Part shown: piece by piece, positions 53,610-54,449 of the stretch
How the letters are laid out: every line of letters starts with the position of its first letter
How positions within the stretch are numbered: position 1 is the stretch's first letter
From: an uncultured virus (IMG/VR IMGVR_UViG_3300021387_000053)
Taxonomy: Duplodnaviria > Heunggongvirae > Uroviricota > Caudoviricetes
Virus record (IMG/VR): IMGVR_UViG_3300021387_000053
Length of the DNA stretch: 54,449 bases
Direction: 5' to 3' (one strand)
The notes under the pieces: model-generated
The model's input: only the letters and a program-made list of their open reading frames with translations
The model's database searches: none
What the model was told of the DNA's origin: nothing
Made by a program: the position numbers and the translations under genes

Positions 53610-53613
53610 CTAT

Positions 53614-54001
53614 AAGGCACTAACAGCAACTTACATATATGATTTCTGTGCAATTAGAAAATATTATATAAGTGCCTTGACATTTATCGAACGGCGTATA
53701 CTGCAAACCATTACATAAATTTATAATAACAGATCTTTTACCTCTGTGCCATTGTATTTTATTTTTTCTACGCCGTGACTTTTTAGAACGATACTAACAG
53801 CAATTTAAAGAACAAACTTGAAATTTGCTTTTATACAGTATCGTGAATTTAATGCAAGTTTTTTATACGGTACGTACAGCAAATAAGCTTCAAGCAATAG
53901 ACTTTTAATCTATCAATTTAAGTACCGTGGATTATATTGTGTACGGCACACACAGCAACTCGCTTTTGCAATAGACTGTTAATCTATTTATTTCGTGCCG
54001 T
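53614..54001 (+). ncRNA. array of five stem-closed small RNA-like units with an AC(A/T)GCAA motif and anticodon-like inner hairpins
   Basis: Units at 53614-53678, 53691-53776, 53788-53844, 53867-53928 and 53943-54001; 7-8 bp closing stems that differ in sequence but stay paired. Confidence 0.75.
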
Positions 54002-54060
54002 GTATTTTTGTAAAGGTATAAAGGACTGACCTGACCACTGGGTCGAGAAAGGAAAAAGGT

Positions 54061-54449
54061 ATGGCGAGTTATCTGAATAACCTCGTAACTGAAGCCTCGA
54101 AGTCTAGGACTGCGAACGGGGCTGTCGCTTATTCCACAACTCAGTCCGATTGTCTTGATCTGTTTTCTGAGATTGGGATTATGCGGAAATGGGATGACGT
54201 GGATATTGTTAGGGCTTGGGAGAAAGCCTGGGCAGAAGATAAACTGACTGCTCTTAAACTTCTCTTTTACGCCAGGGATGTGCGGGGCGGACTTGGAGAA
54301 CGCAGAGTCTTCCGGGTAATTATCTCTCATATCGCAGAGACCGACTCGACCCTCGCCAGACATATTCTTCCGCTGATTCCGATCTACGGAAGATTCGATG
54401 ACGTGTTGGAGATGATGACTGGCGGTGGAATGGATGACGATGTGGCGGG
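54061..54449 (+). CDS. DUF2828-family (TROVE/Ro60-like) protein, N-terminal part, truncated by the window edge
   Basis: TANGAVAYSTT, CLDLF, LKLLFYARDVRGGLGERRVF and YGRFDD motifs; RBS AAAGG. Confidence 0.8.
   Translation, partial: MASYLNNLVTEASKSRTANGAVAYSTTQSDCLDLFSEIGIMRKWDDVDIVRAWEKAWAEDKLTALKLLFYARDVRGGLGERRVFRVIISHIAETDSTLARHILPLIPIYGRFDDVLEMMTGGGMDDDVA

Noticed and set aside
53614..54001. CRISPR array or true tRNA cluster
   Set aside because: The repeats are not identical direct repeats, no cas genes are adjacent, and the units lack D and T arms.
53932..54363. 143-aa minus-strand ORF
   Set aside because: Antisense to the DUF2828 gene and the RNA array.

Overview
A 54.4-kb segment of a large dsDNA phage genome (tailed-phage-like, probably infecting a Firmicutes/Clostridia host, judged from AAAGGAG ribosome-binding sites and gene content). 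About 48 kb of tightly packed minus-strand genes run from small early genes (ArdC, ASCH, methyltransferases, GP88-like) through RNA ligase, tyrosine recombinase, Sak4-like ATPase, SSB, sigma-like factor, primase-helicase, Cas4-like exonuclease and DnaE to nucleotide metabolism (thyX, dut, intron-split nrdD, nrdG), ruvC, a DHH phosphoesterase, a three-frame C5 methyltransferase and many small Zn-ribbon genes. A 2-kb non-coding strand-switch region holds DnaA boxes, four palindromic repeats and a candidate large structured RNA. Plus-strand genes follow, ending in a tRNA, an RNA array and a DUF2828 (TROVE/Ro60-like) gene. Main finding 1: the phage appears to read TAG as LEUCINE rather than the glutamine known from other recoded phages. 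I found 20 in-frame TAGs in 10 genes, many at positions where the family normally has Leu; none of the roughly 80 real-looking genes I checked ends in TAG; and a CUA-anticodon tRNA with tRNA-Leu-type features lies at 53535-53609. Main finding 2: five tandem small-RNA-like units sit directly upstream of the DUF2828 gene, each with a closing stem, an AC(A/T)GCAA motif and an inner hairpin that in most units copies a tRNA anticodon stem-loop (Lys-UUU, Asn-GUU, Ser-UGA). This is a candidate Y-RNA-like or anticodon-decoy system. Family assignments come from motif recognition only; no searches were run.
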